Shown here: piece after piece, positions 18,158 to 27,638 of the stretch
How positions within the stretch are numbered: the first letter of the stretch is position 1
Layout of the letters: each line of letters opens with the position of its first letter
Source: a virus
Virus record (IMG/VR): IMGVR_UViG_3300009529_000001
Coordinates: 1-64,000 of that record
Strand: one strand, 5' to 3'
DNA: 64,000 nucleotides
The notes under the pieces: model-generated
Told to the model about the DNA's origin: nothing
Databases searched by the model: none
The model's input: only the letters and a program-made list of their open reading frames with translations
Translations under genes and position numbers: made by a program

Positions 18158-19987
18158 ATGGCTAACGTTGGAATTTATACTGGATTACTTAAAGGTGGAA
18201 GATTACAAATATATGTAAGGTCTGAATCTAGAAAATTATTTGGACGAGCAGTAAGAACTCTTTCCCGTATTCCTGTTATTTCCTATAATAAAAAAAGAAA
18301 ATATCACGAATCAACAATTTATTACTATGACTTTATCAAAGAACTTGTTATAAATAATGGATGGAATTTCTTTTTTACTAAGAAACTTAAGAGATATTAT
18401 CGGAAATTTAAGGAGAAATTAGAACGTGTAAAAGAAGCAAGGAAGGATAAAACTTTTCAATCAAAATATTGGACAAAAGACCCTGAAAATCAGATACTTT
18501 CTTTTCAAGCACAAGCTGTAAACGTATGTTATGAAGCTAAGAAATATCTTATTGGTGATGATATGGGTTTGGGTAAAACTCCTGAAGCTTTAGGAGTAAT
18601 GTGTAAAGCTTTTGAAGATGGGTATAAAAGGACATTAATAGTTGTTCTAAATAGATTAAAATTCCAGTGGCGGAATGAAATAGAAAAGTTTACAACATTC
18701 AGAGAAAGCAATGGAGATATATCAATTGTAGATTCTACGGTTGGAATAAAATGTGAAAAAGGCATTAAACTTAATTTAAGAAGTAGAGAATGTAAAAATT
18801 GTAAATCAAAAAAGAAATGTAAACGATTAAGGGATGACCCTCGCAGAAGACGTAAGTACCAATTTAGTAAAGGGAAAATTGTAATATGTAATTATGAAAT
18901 TCTTGATAGATCGTTGGAAATTATTAAAAAAAGTGGATTTGATATTTTTATTTTAGATGAAGCATCTAAGATGAAAAATCGAAGTACAAAATTGACAAAG
19001 GCTTTATTGAAAATAAGGAGAGAATTAAGACATAACGCAATTTGTATACCTATGTCTGGGACTTTTATTGAAAATAGATTGGAAGAATTATGGGCACCTT
19101 TTTATTTTACTGATCCAAGAATATTAGGAGAATTTTATAATTTTAAAAACCATTATTTGATATTTGATTATTGGGGAAATACAGTAGGATATAAGAATGA
19201 AAAAAAATTGAAAAAAATAATAAAAGATCACATAATCAGAAGACCTATTGAAAAAGTTTGGAAAGATAGACCGCCGTTGATTTCTGTTGTGCGGACTTGT
19301 GAGATGACAATGATGCAAAGATCTATCTATGATGATGCAAGGGAAGGAATATTAAAACAGCTTAATGATTTAGCTTCTCAAAAGAAAATAAATAGAGCTG
19401 ATATATTACCATTGATGAATTATCTTATTCAGATTTGTGATACGACTGAAACACAGGATCCAAGTATTAGAGAAAGTGGGAAAATTGATGTGTTAAAAGA
19501 TATTATTGAAAATGAAATTCATCCAAGACACAAGGTTGTTATTTTCAGTTTTTATGCAAACAAAGTTATTCCTATATTGAAGCGAGAATTAAAATCTTTT
19601 GGAAAATCAGTGACAGTAGTCGGAGGCTTGAAGCCAAAAATATTTGAAAAAAGAAAAAGTAAATTTATTGAAAATGAAAATATACGTTTTGCTATCTGTT
19701 CAGATTCAATGGCGTATGGTCAGAATATGCAGGTTGCAAGCTATGTGATTAATTTTGATTTGTTATGGAATCCTGCCAAAATGGAACAAAGACTTAGGCG
19801 CGTTTATAGGATAGGACAAAAGAAACCTGTTACTGTTATTGATCTTGTAACAACTAATACTCTGGAAGATAAAATGTTAGAAGTGTTAGGAGAACGTAGG
19901 GAACTTTTTGATAAGATTTTAGGAGCTAAAGCTAAAAAGACCAAAAAACCTAGTGTAGACCAGCTTTTAGGTATTTTGCGCAATTAG
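18158..19987 (+). CDS. SNF2-family (SF2) helicase
   Basis: DDMGLGKT, ILDEAS, MSGTFIEN, SGKIDVL, GQNMQVASYVINFDLLWNPAKMEQRLRRVYRIGQ. Confidence 0.95.
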   Translation: MANVGIYTGLLKGGRLQIYVRSESRKLFGRAVRTLSRIPVISYNKKRKYHESTIYYYDFIKELVINNGWNFFFTKKLKRYYRKFKEKLERVKEARKDKTFQSKYWTKDPENQILSFQAQAVNVCYEAKKYLIGDDMGLGKTPEALGVMCKAFEDGYKRTLIVVLNRLKFQWRNEIEKFTTFRESNGDISIVDSTVGIKCEKGIKLNLRSRECKNCKSKKKCKRLRDDPRRRRKYQFSKGKIVICNYEILDRSLEIIKKSGFDIFILDEASKMKNRSTKLTKALLKIRRELRHNAICIPMSGTFIENRLEELWAPFYFTDPRILGEFYNFKNHYLIFDYWGNTVGYKNEKKLKKIIKDHIIRRPIEKVWKDRPPLISVVRTCEMTMMQRSIYDDAREGILKQLNDLASQKKINRADILPLMNYLIQICDTTETQDPSIRESGKIDVLKDIIENEIHPRHKVVIFSFYANKVIPILKRELKSFGKSVTVVGGLKPKIFEKRKSKFIENENIRFAICSDSMAYGQNMQVASYVINFDLLWNPAKMEQRLRRVYRIGQKKPVTVIDLVTTNTLEDKMLEVLGERRELFDKILGAKAKKTKKPSVDQLLGILRN

Positions 19988-19997
19988 GCCAAAATTT

Positions 19998-20066
19998 GGA
20001 TCGTTGTAATGGCTTGAGGACAATCAGTTTAGGTGAGGGTAGGTGTAAGGTAGGGGCTAAAATGGC
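19998..20066 (+). repeat. Dispersed intergenic element, copy A
   Basis: 23/30 ungapped identity to 53695-53724, then GGTA-N7-GGTAGGGG and TAAAATGGC in both copies. Confidence 0.75.
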
Positions 20067-20991
20067 GAATAACGAATCTTATTTCCAGTTGTTTACTTTC
20101 GACGAAAAGATTTTGAATAAATTGCAGACAATTGATAGCGTGAAATGTTTACGATTTGTGATTGCATTGATAAGAAATGGAATTACAGAAGAATCGAAAA
20201 TTATGGAGTTGTTGAAATGTTCAAAAGCTGATCTTTTCAGAGTTGTTAAAAAACTTATTGCAGCGGATATAATTATTAGATGGCGTGATAAAAATACCAG
20301 TGTTCCTTCTTATACTCTGAATTTTGAATTTTTTGATATTACTGAATCTTGTAAACAATGTAGATATAGAAAAACGGAAGTTAAAGATATTGGATCTTTA
20401 AAATTTAGATATTTGAATTGTTCTTTGAATGGAACTGTAAAGTGTATTCACAATTATCAAAGAGAAAATTATAATATTTGTAAACTTTTATCCGTAACAC
20501 ATGATAAAGTAAGTGCAGAAGTTTTGGATAGAAAAAATAGATATAAATATAATGAAGATAAAGATATAGAAGAATGGAATATAAGAGATTTTGTGGAATT
20601 TTATAGAGAAGAGTGTATCGAAAATTTTCCCACAATGATTATGGATAATAATAATATTATACGATCACATATGCGGAGTATCGTTGAGAGTTTTAAAAAG
20701 CATTTTAAAGGTAAGTGGCAGAGGTTTTTGAAGTTATATATGAATAAACAGATAGATGAAGCTAAGAAAGAAAGAAGGTATTTACCTTCTATTCAATTAG
20801 CAAGAGGAGTTGTAATAGCAAATTTTCTTAGAAGTGTAAAGAAAAAGGGATATACAGAAGTTGGATTTTGTAAACAGAAAAATTTGTATTGTTCCTATTG
20901 TGACACTGATAGCAATATTTGTAAATTGAAAAAAGATAAATTAAAATGCACAAGAAACATTAGAAAAAAGATGAAAAAGTTGTATAACTAA
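20062..20991 (+). CDS. Winged-HTH, Cys-rich protein; possible replication initiator or helicase loader
   Basis: IMELLKCSKADLFRVVKKLIAADII wHTH-like; several CxxC; coupled to DnaB. Start at ATG 20062. Confidence 0.5.
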   Translation: MANNESYFQLFTFDEKILNKLQTIDSVKCLRFVIALIRNGITEESKIMELLKCSKADLFRVVKKLIAADIIIRWRDKNTSVPSYTLNFEFFDITESCKQCRYRKTEVKDIGSLKFRYLNCSLNGTVKCIHNYQRENYNICKLLSVTHDKVSAEVLDRKNRYKYNEDKDIEEWNIRDFVEFYREECIENFPTMIMDNNNIIRSHMRSIVESFKKHFKGKWQRFLKLYMNKQIDEAKKERRYLPSIQLARGVVIANFLRSVKKKGYTEVGFCKQKNLYCSYCDTDSNICKLKKDKLKCTRNIRKKMKKLYN

Positions 20992-22415
20992 TGGCGAAGA
21001 AAAAATCTTTTAAAGATTCATACAAGCGTAAAAGGGCTTCAATGCGTGATAGTCCTTTTTCACGTATTTTAGATGAGAAGAAGTTCTTAGGTGGTCTTAT
21101 AAAATTTCCAAAAGTTGTGGGAGTTATAGTAAATCAATTTGATAGTAGATGTTTAAGTAGCGACAAATTGAAATGGCTTTATGAAGAAATAGAAGAATTT
21201 TTTAATAAGACGGGATATGTTTTAGATGATAAAGGCTTTAATGAATATGTCGGTTCTTTAAAAGTAAAGAAAAGAAAGATATATAAAAGACTTTGGAAGT
21301 CAATTAAGAAAATTTCTAAGAAAATTTCCGAAGCTTCTACATTGGTTATAAAAGATAATTTAGAAAAATTATATGATGCGCGATTAATGATTTATAATGC
21401 TAATCATGTTGCAGATATTTTAGATAAGGCTGATGTTGATGGAATAGATGTCGTTGAAAAAGCAAAGAAACAATATGAAAAAATAAACGATGAATTAAGT
21501 AGAGGTAGAACAGTTATAAAAGTTGTAGATGCCATTAATTCTTATGATGATTTTAAAGAGTATCATCAAAAGGCTCAAGCTAATCCTAAACGTTATAAAG
21601 GCGTTCCAACAGGGATGCGACCACTTGATAAAAAGATAGGTGGGTTAAGAGATTCAGAATCTGGCATGGTATTGACAAGAACAGGGGTAGGTAAATCAAT
21701 ACTATTAATGGAATTTGCTGCATATTGTTATCAATTTTATGGAGATGTTATATATGTTACGATAGAAATGCCTGAAATTCAGCTTAGACAGAGATTGTAT
21801 TGTCATCTTTCTAGAATAAAATATAAATATTTTAGGAATTTTGATTTAAATAAAAAGCATTGGAGAAGACTTAATAAGAAAATTAAATCAAGATTTGAAA
21901 ATCATCCTTTTAAATTTAATATCATTGACATTCCTGGTTCAGGGACAGTTGCCGATATTAAAAATAGGATTGAAACAATATTAAATCATAATCCTGGCGT
22001 AAGATTGATTTGTGTTGATTATTTAAATATCATGCGTTGTAGTACAGGAGCTATAGCTGTTGAATGGCCTAGACAGATTGAAATAGCTATTGATCTTAAA
22101 CAGATGTATAGATATTTCGATAAGCCTGGATGGTCTGCTGCACAGTTAAAAGCCGATACTGAGGGGAAGGAAACTAAAATACGTATAAGTGATATGGCTT
22201 TATCAAAAAATATTCCTGACCATATAGATATAGGTGTGACAGCACAAGATACTCCTGAAGAAAATATATTTAGAATAGGATTTATTAAAGCTAGAGATTT
22301 TAAGGGGGAAGAATTTTATGTTAAAGGTGATAGAGATAGGATGACTTTTAATACCGTTAGTAAAAAAGAATCCGAAAAATATTATGAACAAGAACAAGGA
22401 GGATTAAAGGTATGA
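20991..22415 (+). CDS. dnaB: DnaB-like replicative helicase
   Basis: GVPTG...LD, RTGVGKS Walker A, TIEM, VDYLNIM, AAQL, KAR. Confidence 0.92.
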   Translation: MAKKKSFKDSYKRKRASMRDSPFSRILDEKKFLGGLIKFPKVVGVIVNQFDSRCLSSDKLKWLYEEIEEFFNKTGYVLDDKGFNEYVGSLKVKKRKIYKRLWKSIKKISKKISEASTLVIKDNLEKLYDARLMIYNANHVADILDKADVDGIDVVEKAKKQYEKINDELSRGRTVIKVVDAINSYDDFKEYHQKAQANPKRYKGVPTGMRPLDKKIGGLRDSESGMVLTRTGVGKSILLMEFAAYCYQFYGDVIYVTIEMPEIQLRQRLYCHLSRIKYKYFRNFDLNKKHWRRLNKKIKSRFENHPFKFNIIDIPGSGTVADIKNRIETILNHNPGVRLICVDYLNIMRCSTGAIAVEWPRQIEIAIDLKQMYRYFDKPGWSAAQLKADTEGKETKIRISDMALSKNIPDHIDIGVTAQDTPEENIFRIGFIKARDFKGEEFYVKGDRDRMTFNTVSKKESEKYYEQEQGGLKV

Positions 22416-23530
22416 TATCTAATGTTACTATTTTAAAACCAACTGAAATGTTTGATATGGAAGTTATATATGATATTAAAAAATCTAATACTTTATTAAT
22501 TTCCAAAACAAATCCTAATTTTTATTGTCCCGTTATTTCTAAATATACAAATGTGGGATTTAGATATGCTTATTTTCTTTGGATAATGCGTGGTGCGAAT
22601 TTACTTGATCAATTAATGTATTATAGTGATCATTTGGAAGGAAATACTGACGATGGTATGATTTTAAGAGGAGCATATGGGACTAGATTAAAATTTTGGG
22701 TAGGCGTAGACCAAATAGCGGAAGCCAATAAATATAACGCAAATATTGATGATGGAGCATATGGAGATGAATTTATAAAACCTCAAGGTATTGATCAATT
22801 ATTTAATGTGTATAGAGATTTGAAAGAAGGAATGGATATATCTGTAGCGAATATATTTGATCCCGCTTTGGATTTTGATGAAACAAATGATATTCCTAAT
22901 TTACTTTCGATGGTTTTTAAATATAATTATGAAAGATTAGATTTATTTGCCACTTTTTCTGAAGTAGCAATCAATAGTCACTTTATTAATGATTATTTCT
23001 TTTTAAGTCTTTTACAGGTATGCATGGCGGGATGGTTAGAATGTGATATAGGAGAATTAAATGTATTGATTAATAAACCAATTTCTGAAGAAGAAAATTT
23101 AGAAGTTTGCAAGTTAGATATTTTTGAAAAAGAAAAATTTATACCAAGAACTGACGATATTACTTTTTGGGAAGATATTTGGGAATTATCAAATATAGAA
23201 CGACATTTAAGGATGATGATAAACGAGAAGACGATTGCAGATGAAAAAGTGTCTGTGACAATATTAAGTGAAACTATTATTAATGGAATTTCTCGAAGAA
23301 TAATTACAGCTTTTTGGCAAGAAGTAGGATATACTTTGACAATATATTCCATTATAAAACATGGAGGATTGATTGACGAATCTTTACAAGATTTTGTCAT
23401 AGAAGTATTAGAAACAAAATTTACAATTACTTCTGTGCTGATTGAACTTTGTTGGTGGATAACAATGTTTTGTTCTGAATATAATAATGTTGTTAAAAAA
23501 GCTGAGGAAATTATAAATGGCTCTTTATAA
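22412..23530 (+). CDS. Thymidylate synthase/hydroxymethylase-like protein, apparently catalytically inactive
   Basis: LWIMRG, DDG..LRGAYGTRL, IDQL, IFDP retained; catalytic PC is PN (DIPN); RSND is FSEV. Confidence 0.75.
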   Translation: MISNVTILKPTEMFDMEVIYDIKKSNTLLISKTNPNFYCPVISKYTNVGFRYAYFLWIMRGANLLDQLMYYSDHLEGNTDDGMILRGAYGTRLKFWVGVDQIAEANKYNANIDDGAYGDEFIKPQGIDQLFNVYRDLKEGMDISVANIFDPALDFDETNDIPNLLSMVFKYNYERLDLFATFSEVAINSHFINDYFFLSLLQVCMAGWLECDIGELNVLINKPISEEENLEVCKLDIFEKEKFIPRTDDITFWEDIWELSNIERHLRMMINEKTIADEKVSVTILSETIINGISRRIITAFWQEVGYTLTIYSIIKHGGLIDESLQDFVIEVLETKFTITSVLIELCWWITMFCSEYNNVVKKAEEIINGSL

Positions 23531-23837
23531 TACTGATTCAGAATTTATTAGTGAACTTGCTAGAGAAATGAAAGTAAGTTTACCAAAAGCAAAAAGGTTC
23601 ATTAAAATATTTTCTGAATGCATTAAACGAGTGCTTGTTGTAAATGGTACATTAAATATTAGGAAACTAGGTTTATTTTATTTAAAGAAAAGAAAAAATA
23701 GTATTGCTAGAAATATAAGAACAGGCGAAGTTTTTAAGATTCCGTTGACAATGAGAATAATTTTTAAACCTGCTCTTTCTTTGAAACGTTCCGCTAATGA
23801 AAGAGTTAGAAAAATTCGTGATGAAAAACTTATTTAA
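23517..23837 (+). CDS. HU/IHF-family DNA-binding protein
   Basis: LNIRKLGLF...ARNIRTGEVFKIP...IFKPALSLK. Confidence 0.93.
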   Translation: MALYNTDSEFISELAREMKVSLPKAKRFIKIFSECIKRVLVVNGTLNIRKLGLFYLKKRKNSIARNIRTGEVFKIPLTMRIIFKPALSLKRSANERVRKIRDEKLI

Positions 23838-26418
23838 TAATCTTCACGCACATAGTCACTATAGTATAGGAGATGCTACTCTTCACATTGATAAATATAT
23901 AGAAAAATGTAAAAAATTAGGAAGTAATGCTGTAGCTTTGACAGAGCATGGAAATTTAGCTTCTGCGTATGAATTACACAAAGAATGTAAAAAAAGAGAA
24001 ATAAAACCTATTCTTGGTATAGAAGTATATATGGTAGATAAATATGGTACAGAAGCTGCTGAAACTCCTTATAGTTATTATCATGTTGTTTTACTTTGTA
24101 AAAATGAAACAGGTTGGAAGAATCTAAAGAAACTTCACAGCGCATCGTGGCAACACGGTTACTTACGTCGGCCTAGAATAAGTCAGGGAACGCTACAGTC
24201 GTTCTCGGACGGCTTAATAGTGCTTACTGCATGTTTGGGCGGGGTTGTAGGCAAACTATTGTTAGGGATCGATCCTTACTACAAAGAATTATCTACAAAG
24301 AAGTGTTTAAAAGTATTAAAAAAAAGATTGAAATTTTTTATAAATACATTTGGAGATGATTTTTATTATGAAATGCAATTAAATGATCTTGATGGACAAA
24401 ATATTGTCAATAAATATATTTTGGGACAAAAAGGAAAGAAAGTAATAACGAATGATATACATTATCTTAGGAAGATGGACTGGGAAATACATGACATTGT
24501 TAGATGCCGTGCGTGGAGGAAAACTCTTAAAGATGAGAATAATGGTATTTACCCGACACATCAATTGTATGTTAAGGGAATTAAATCTCTCCGAAGAGCG
24601 AAAGAAAAATGGCATGATTATATATCGGACAAAGAATTTTTAAAAGCTATGAAAGCGACTGAAGAAATAGCAGAAAAAGTTGAAGAATATCCTTTAGTTC
24701 CTAAGAAAAGCACACTTCCAAAATACGGTAAGGGTGACAGCATGGAAACCCTTACTAAACTTTGCAAAAAGGGATATAAAAAAAGGTTGACCGTTGACCA
24801 ACAAAAATCTATTGTTTATAAAAAAAGATTGAAACGTGAATTAAAAGTTATTAAGAAGATTGGGTTTCCTGATTATTTTTTGTTTGTATGGAATGTAGTT
24901 AGAAAATGTAAGAAAAAAAATATAATAGTTGGACCTGGACGTGGATCAGTTTGTGGAAGTTTGGCGGCTTATCTTCTGAATATTACACAAATAGATCCTA
25001 TTAGATTTAATTTAATGTTTGAAAGATTTTTGAATGAAGACAGACTTTCTATGCCTGATATTGATATGGATTTTAGTAAGGCTAGACGTGACGATGTTAA
25101 GAAGATTATGGAACAAATGTATGGGGCAGATAAATTAGCTCACATAGCTGCATATGCAAAGTGGAAACCAAGGGGAGTTATAACAGATGTAGGACGAGTA
25201 TTGGGATATGATTATTTTAGTGTGCTTAAGAAACAAACCAAGTTGGTAGATAGTAAAGTAGAAAAATGGAAAGAATTACCTGATGAAATAAAACCTTTTT
25301 TGAAAAAGAATAAAACTTTAACGGATAGAGCTAAACGATTAATGGAAACTGTAAATCAACAAGGAGTTCATGCAAGTGGAATTATTGTAACACCATCTGA
25401 GTTAGAAGAATGGTTGCCTACTGCCTATACTGTTGATAAAAATGATGAAGAAAGACGAAGAGTAAAGGTATCAGAATGGGACATGTATGCTTTGGAAGAT
25501 TTGGATCTATTAAAATTTGATAGATTAGGGTTGACAACTCTTGATGTTATCCAACGGACTGTAGAATTAGTTAATAGAGATGGAGAGAAAATAAAAGATA
25601 TTGATGAAGTCTGTTTGAATGATTTAGAAAATAAAAAAGTGTATGAACTTATTAGAACTCAGGAGTTACAAGGATTATTTCAGATAGAGACTTCGCAGGG
25701 AATGGCAAGACTTATAAGCGACATGAAACCGAAGCGATTCAATGATATTGTGTTGATTATTAGTTTATTTAGAACTGCTGTGTTGAAAGCAGGGATGCAT
25801 ACGGAATACGTAAAACGGAGAAATTGGGTTAAGAAAAAAGAAGAGTTTAAAATTAAAATGATTCATCCTATGTTAAAGGATATATTGAAGGAAACATATG
25901 GTGTATTAATATTTCAAGAACAAGTGATGGCAATTGCAAATAAAATGGGAAATATGACGTTACGAGAAGCTGATAATTTTAGAAAAGCTATTAAGTTGAA
26001 AGATTCTGAAAAATTTGGTGTATGGAAAGAAAAGTTCTTAGAAGGTGCAAAGAAGAATAATGTAAAGGATAAAATAGCCAAAAAGGTTTGGGATTGGATG
26101 TATAAGTTTTCGGGCTACGGATTCAATGTGTGTTTAGCTCCCGACAATACTGTGTTAAAGGATTCTGGTGAGTATATGTTATTATCAGAAGTTAAAATAG
26201 GTGATAGAATTAAGGCATATAATGTTGATTCTGATTCTTTCTATTATGATGAAGTTATAGATGTAATAGATCAAGGAAAACAAGAAGTTTATGAAGTACA
26301 ATTGAATAATGGGAGTACAATTAAATGTACTATGGACCATAGGTTTTTATGTAAAGATAAACTGAAGCATCCGTTATGGGAAATTTTGAAAAAGAAACTA
26401 GACATTATTTGTGAATGA
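23821..26418 (+). CDS. dnaE: DNA polymerase III alpha N-terminal part + N-intein
   Basis: LHAHSHYS PHP domain, GPGRGS, MPDIDMDF, HASG, LLKFDRLGL; extein ends GYGFNV before intein Cys1. Confidence 0.96.
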   Translation: MKNLFNNLHAHSHYSIGDATLHIDKYIEKCKKLGSNAVALTEHGNLASAYELHKECKKREIKPILGIEVYMVDKYGTEAAETPYSYYHVVLLCKNETGWKNLKKLHSASWQHGYLRRPRISQGTLQSFSDGLIVLTACLGGVVGKLLLGIDPYYKELSTKKCLKVLKKRLKFFINTFGDDFYYEMQLNDLDGQNIVNKYILGQKGKKVITNDIHYLRKMDWEIHDIVRCRAWRKTLKDENNGIYPTHQLYVKGIKSLRRAKEKWHDYISDKEFLKAMKATEEIAEKVEEYPLVPKKSTLPKYGKGDSMETLTKLCKKGYKKRLTVDQQKSIVYKKRLKRELKVIKKIGFPDYFLFVWNVVRKCKKKNIIVGPGRGSVCGSLAAYLLNITQIDPIRFNLMFERFLNEDRLSMPDIDMDFSKARRDDVKKIMEQMYGADKLAHIAAYAKWKPRGVITDVGRVLGYDYFSVLKKQTKLVDSKVEKWKELPDEIKPFLKKNKTLTDRAKRLMETVNQQGVHASGIIVTPSELEEWLPTAYTVDKNDEERRRVKVSEWDMYALEDLDLLKFDRLGLTTLDVIQRTVELVNRDGEKIKDIDEVCLNDLENKKVYELIRTQELQGLFQIETSQGMARLISDMKPKRFNDIVLIISLFRTAVLKAGMHTEYVKRRNWVKKKEEFKIKMIHPMLKDILKETYGVLIFQEQVMAIANKMGNMTLREADNFRKAIKLKDSEKFGVWKEKFLEGAKKNNVKDKIAKKVWDWMYKFSGYGFNVCLAPDNTVLKDSGEYMLLSEVKIGDRIKAYNVDSDSFYYDEVIDVIDQGKQEVYEVQLNNGSTIKCTMDHRFLCKDKLKHPLWEILKKKLDIICE
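26131..26415 (+). mobile_element. Split intein, N-fragment (95 aa)
   Basis: CLAPDNTV block A; IKCTMDHRF block B; followed by stop. Confidence 0.92.
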
Positions 26419-26585
26419 TTACTTTATGGGAAGATAAAAATTTTAGATGGGAAATTTGGGAGACAGTTTTGGTTAAAACTGCAAAAATTGTTGGATTAAG
26501 AAGAATTGGTAAAGTAAAATGTTTGGATTTGAAAATGAAATCCAAGCATCACAATTTTATATGCGAAGGATTAGTAACTTCTAAT
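26415..26585 (+). mobile_element. Split intein, C-fragment
   Basis: Blocks F/G ending Ser-Asn, +1 residue Ser. Confidence 0.9.
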
Positions 26586-27584
26586 TCCCATGCCGTATCT
26601 TATGCATTTATTTGTTATCAAACAGCTTGGCTCAAATGTTTTTATCGACAAGAATTCATGTCATGTGTAATGTCCGAATGTCAAAAGGGAGATAAGGCAA
26701 AAATTAAACTTCCTAAATGTATCCATGAATGTAAAAAATATTTTGAAATAGAAACACCCGATGTAAATTATTCCACAGATAGATTTGAACTTCTTGACAA
26801 GAAGATAATATTTCCTTTTACTACAATTAAAGGAGTAGGAGATAAAGCTGTTGATATAATTTTATTTGAAAGAAAAAAGAAATTTAAATCGTTTGAAAAT
26901 TTTTTTGAAAGAATCAATAAACGAGTGGTGAATGTAGGAATTTTAAGTAATATTATTTTAGCTGACGCATTTAGAAAGTTTGGAAAGAGGGAAGAGATAT
27001 TCGATCAGTTTATGGAACTTCGTGGTAAAGATAAGGTAGCAAGACAATTGTACTGTAATGAATGTAATTACAGATATCCTTGTGTTGTTAAAGAAGATGA
27101 AACACCGTCTTGTCCGTCTTGCGGAAGTGCAAGTGTAACTATAGATATTGATGATTGTCAGGGACAAAAATTTAATCATACATTTTGTGAAAATAATTTT
27201 GTATTTGGATTTAATGTGAAAGAAAATCCGCTTAAAAAATATTTACCTTATATGTTGAAACATAATTATCTTTCTTTGGAAGATATATTAGAAGAATTAG
27301 TGGGGAATATTGTAAAGACAATTGTAATGATTAAAGAAATAAGAAAGCATGTTGATAAAAATAATAGGGAAATGGCTTTTATTAAAGTCGGTGATTTACA
27401 TGATGATGAAGCTGATCTAGTTATATTCGGAACAGATTGGGAATATTTGAAACACAAAGTACAAAAGGATGGCCACTATAAGATAAAAATAGTCAAAGAC
27501 CAGTCGAGATGGAACGAAAATATAAATAATTTGAAATTTGATGCTAGAAGGGGTTGTAGAATTAAAAAACTAAAAGTTAAGTGA
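26415..27584 (+). CDS. dnaE: C-intein + DNA polymerase III alpha C-terminal part
   Basis: CLDL...HNFICEGLVTSN then SHAVSYAFICYQTAWLK; PDVNYS, IKGVG, OB fold (MAFIKV). Start ATG 26415, or TTG 26469 with GGGAG RBS. Confidence 0.95.
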   Translation: MITLWEDKNFRWEIWETVLVKTAKIVGLRRIGKVKCLDLKMKSKHHNFICEGLVTSNSHAVSYAFICYQTAWLKCFYRQEFMSCVMSECQKGDKAKIKLPKCIHECKKYFEIETPDVNYSTDRFELLDKKIIFPFTTIKGVGDKAVDIILFERKKKFKSFENFFERINKRVVNVGILSNIILADAFRKFGKREEIFDQFMELRGKDKVARQLYCNECNYRYPCVVKEDETPSCPSCGSASVTIDIDDCQGQKFNHTFCENNFVFGFNVKENPLKKYLPYMLKHNYLSLEDILEELVGNIVKTIVMIKEIRKHVDKNNREMAFIKVGDLHDDEADLVIFGTDWEYLKHKVQKDGHYKIKIVKDQSRWNENINNLKFDARRGCRIKKLKVK

Positions 27585-27638
27585 TAATTCTTCAACACTA
27601 TTACTTTTAAGACATTAACAATTTTTAAGGAGGAAGTT

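Noticed and set aside
19996-20061. TTG-initiated N-terminal extension of ORF 19996-20991 (similarly 41466, 52577, 59354, 59643)
   Set aside because: Downstream ATGs have better RBS or coupling and begin at the domain start; extensions overlap repeats or upstream genes.
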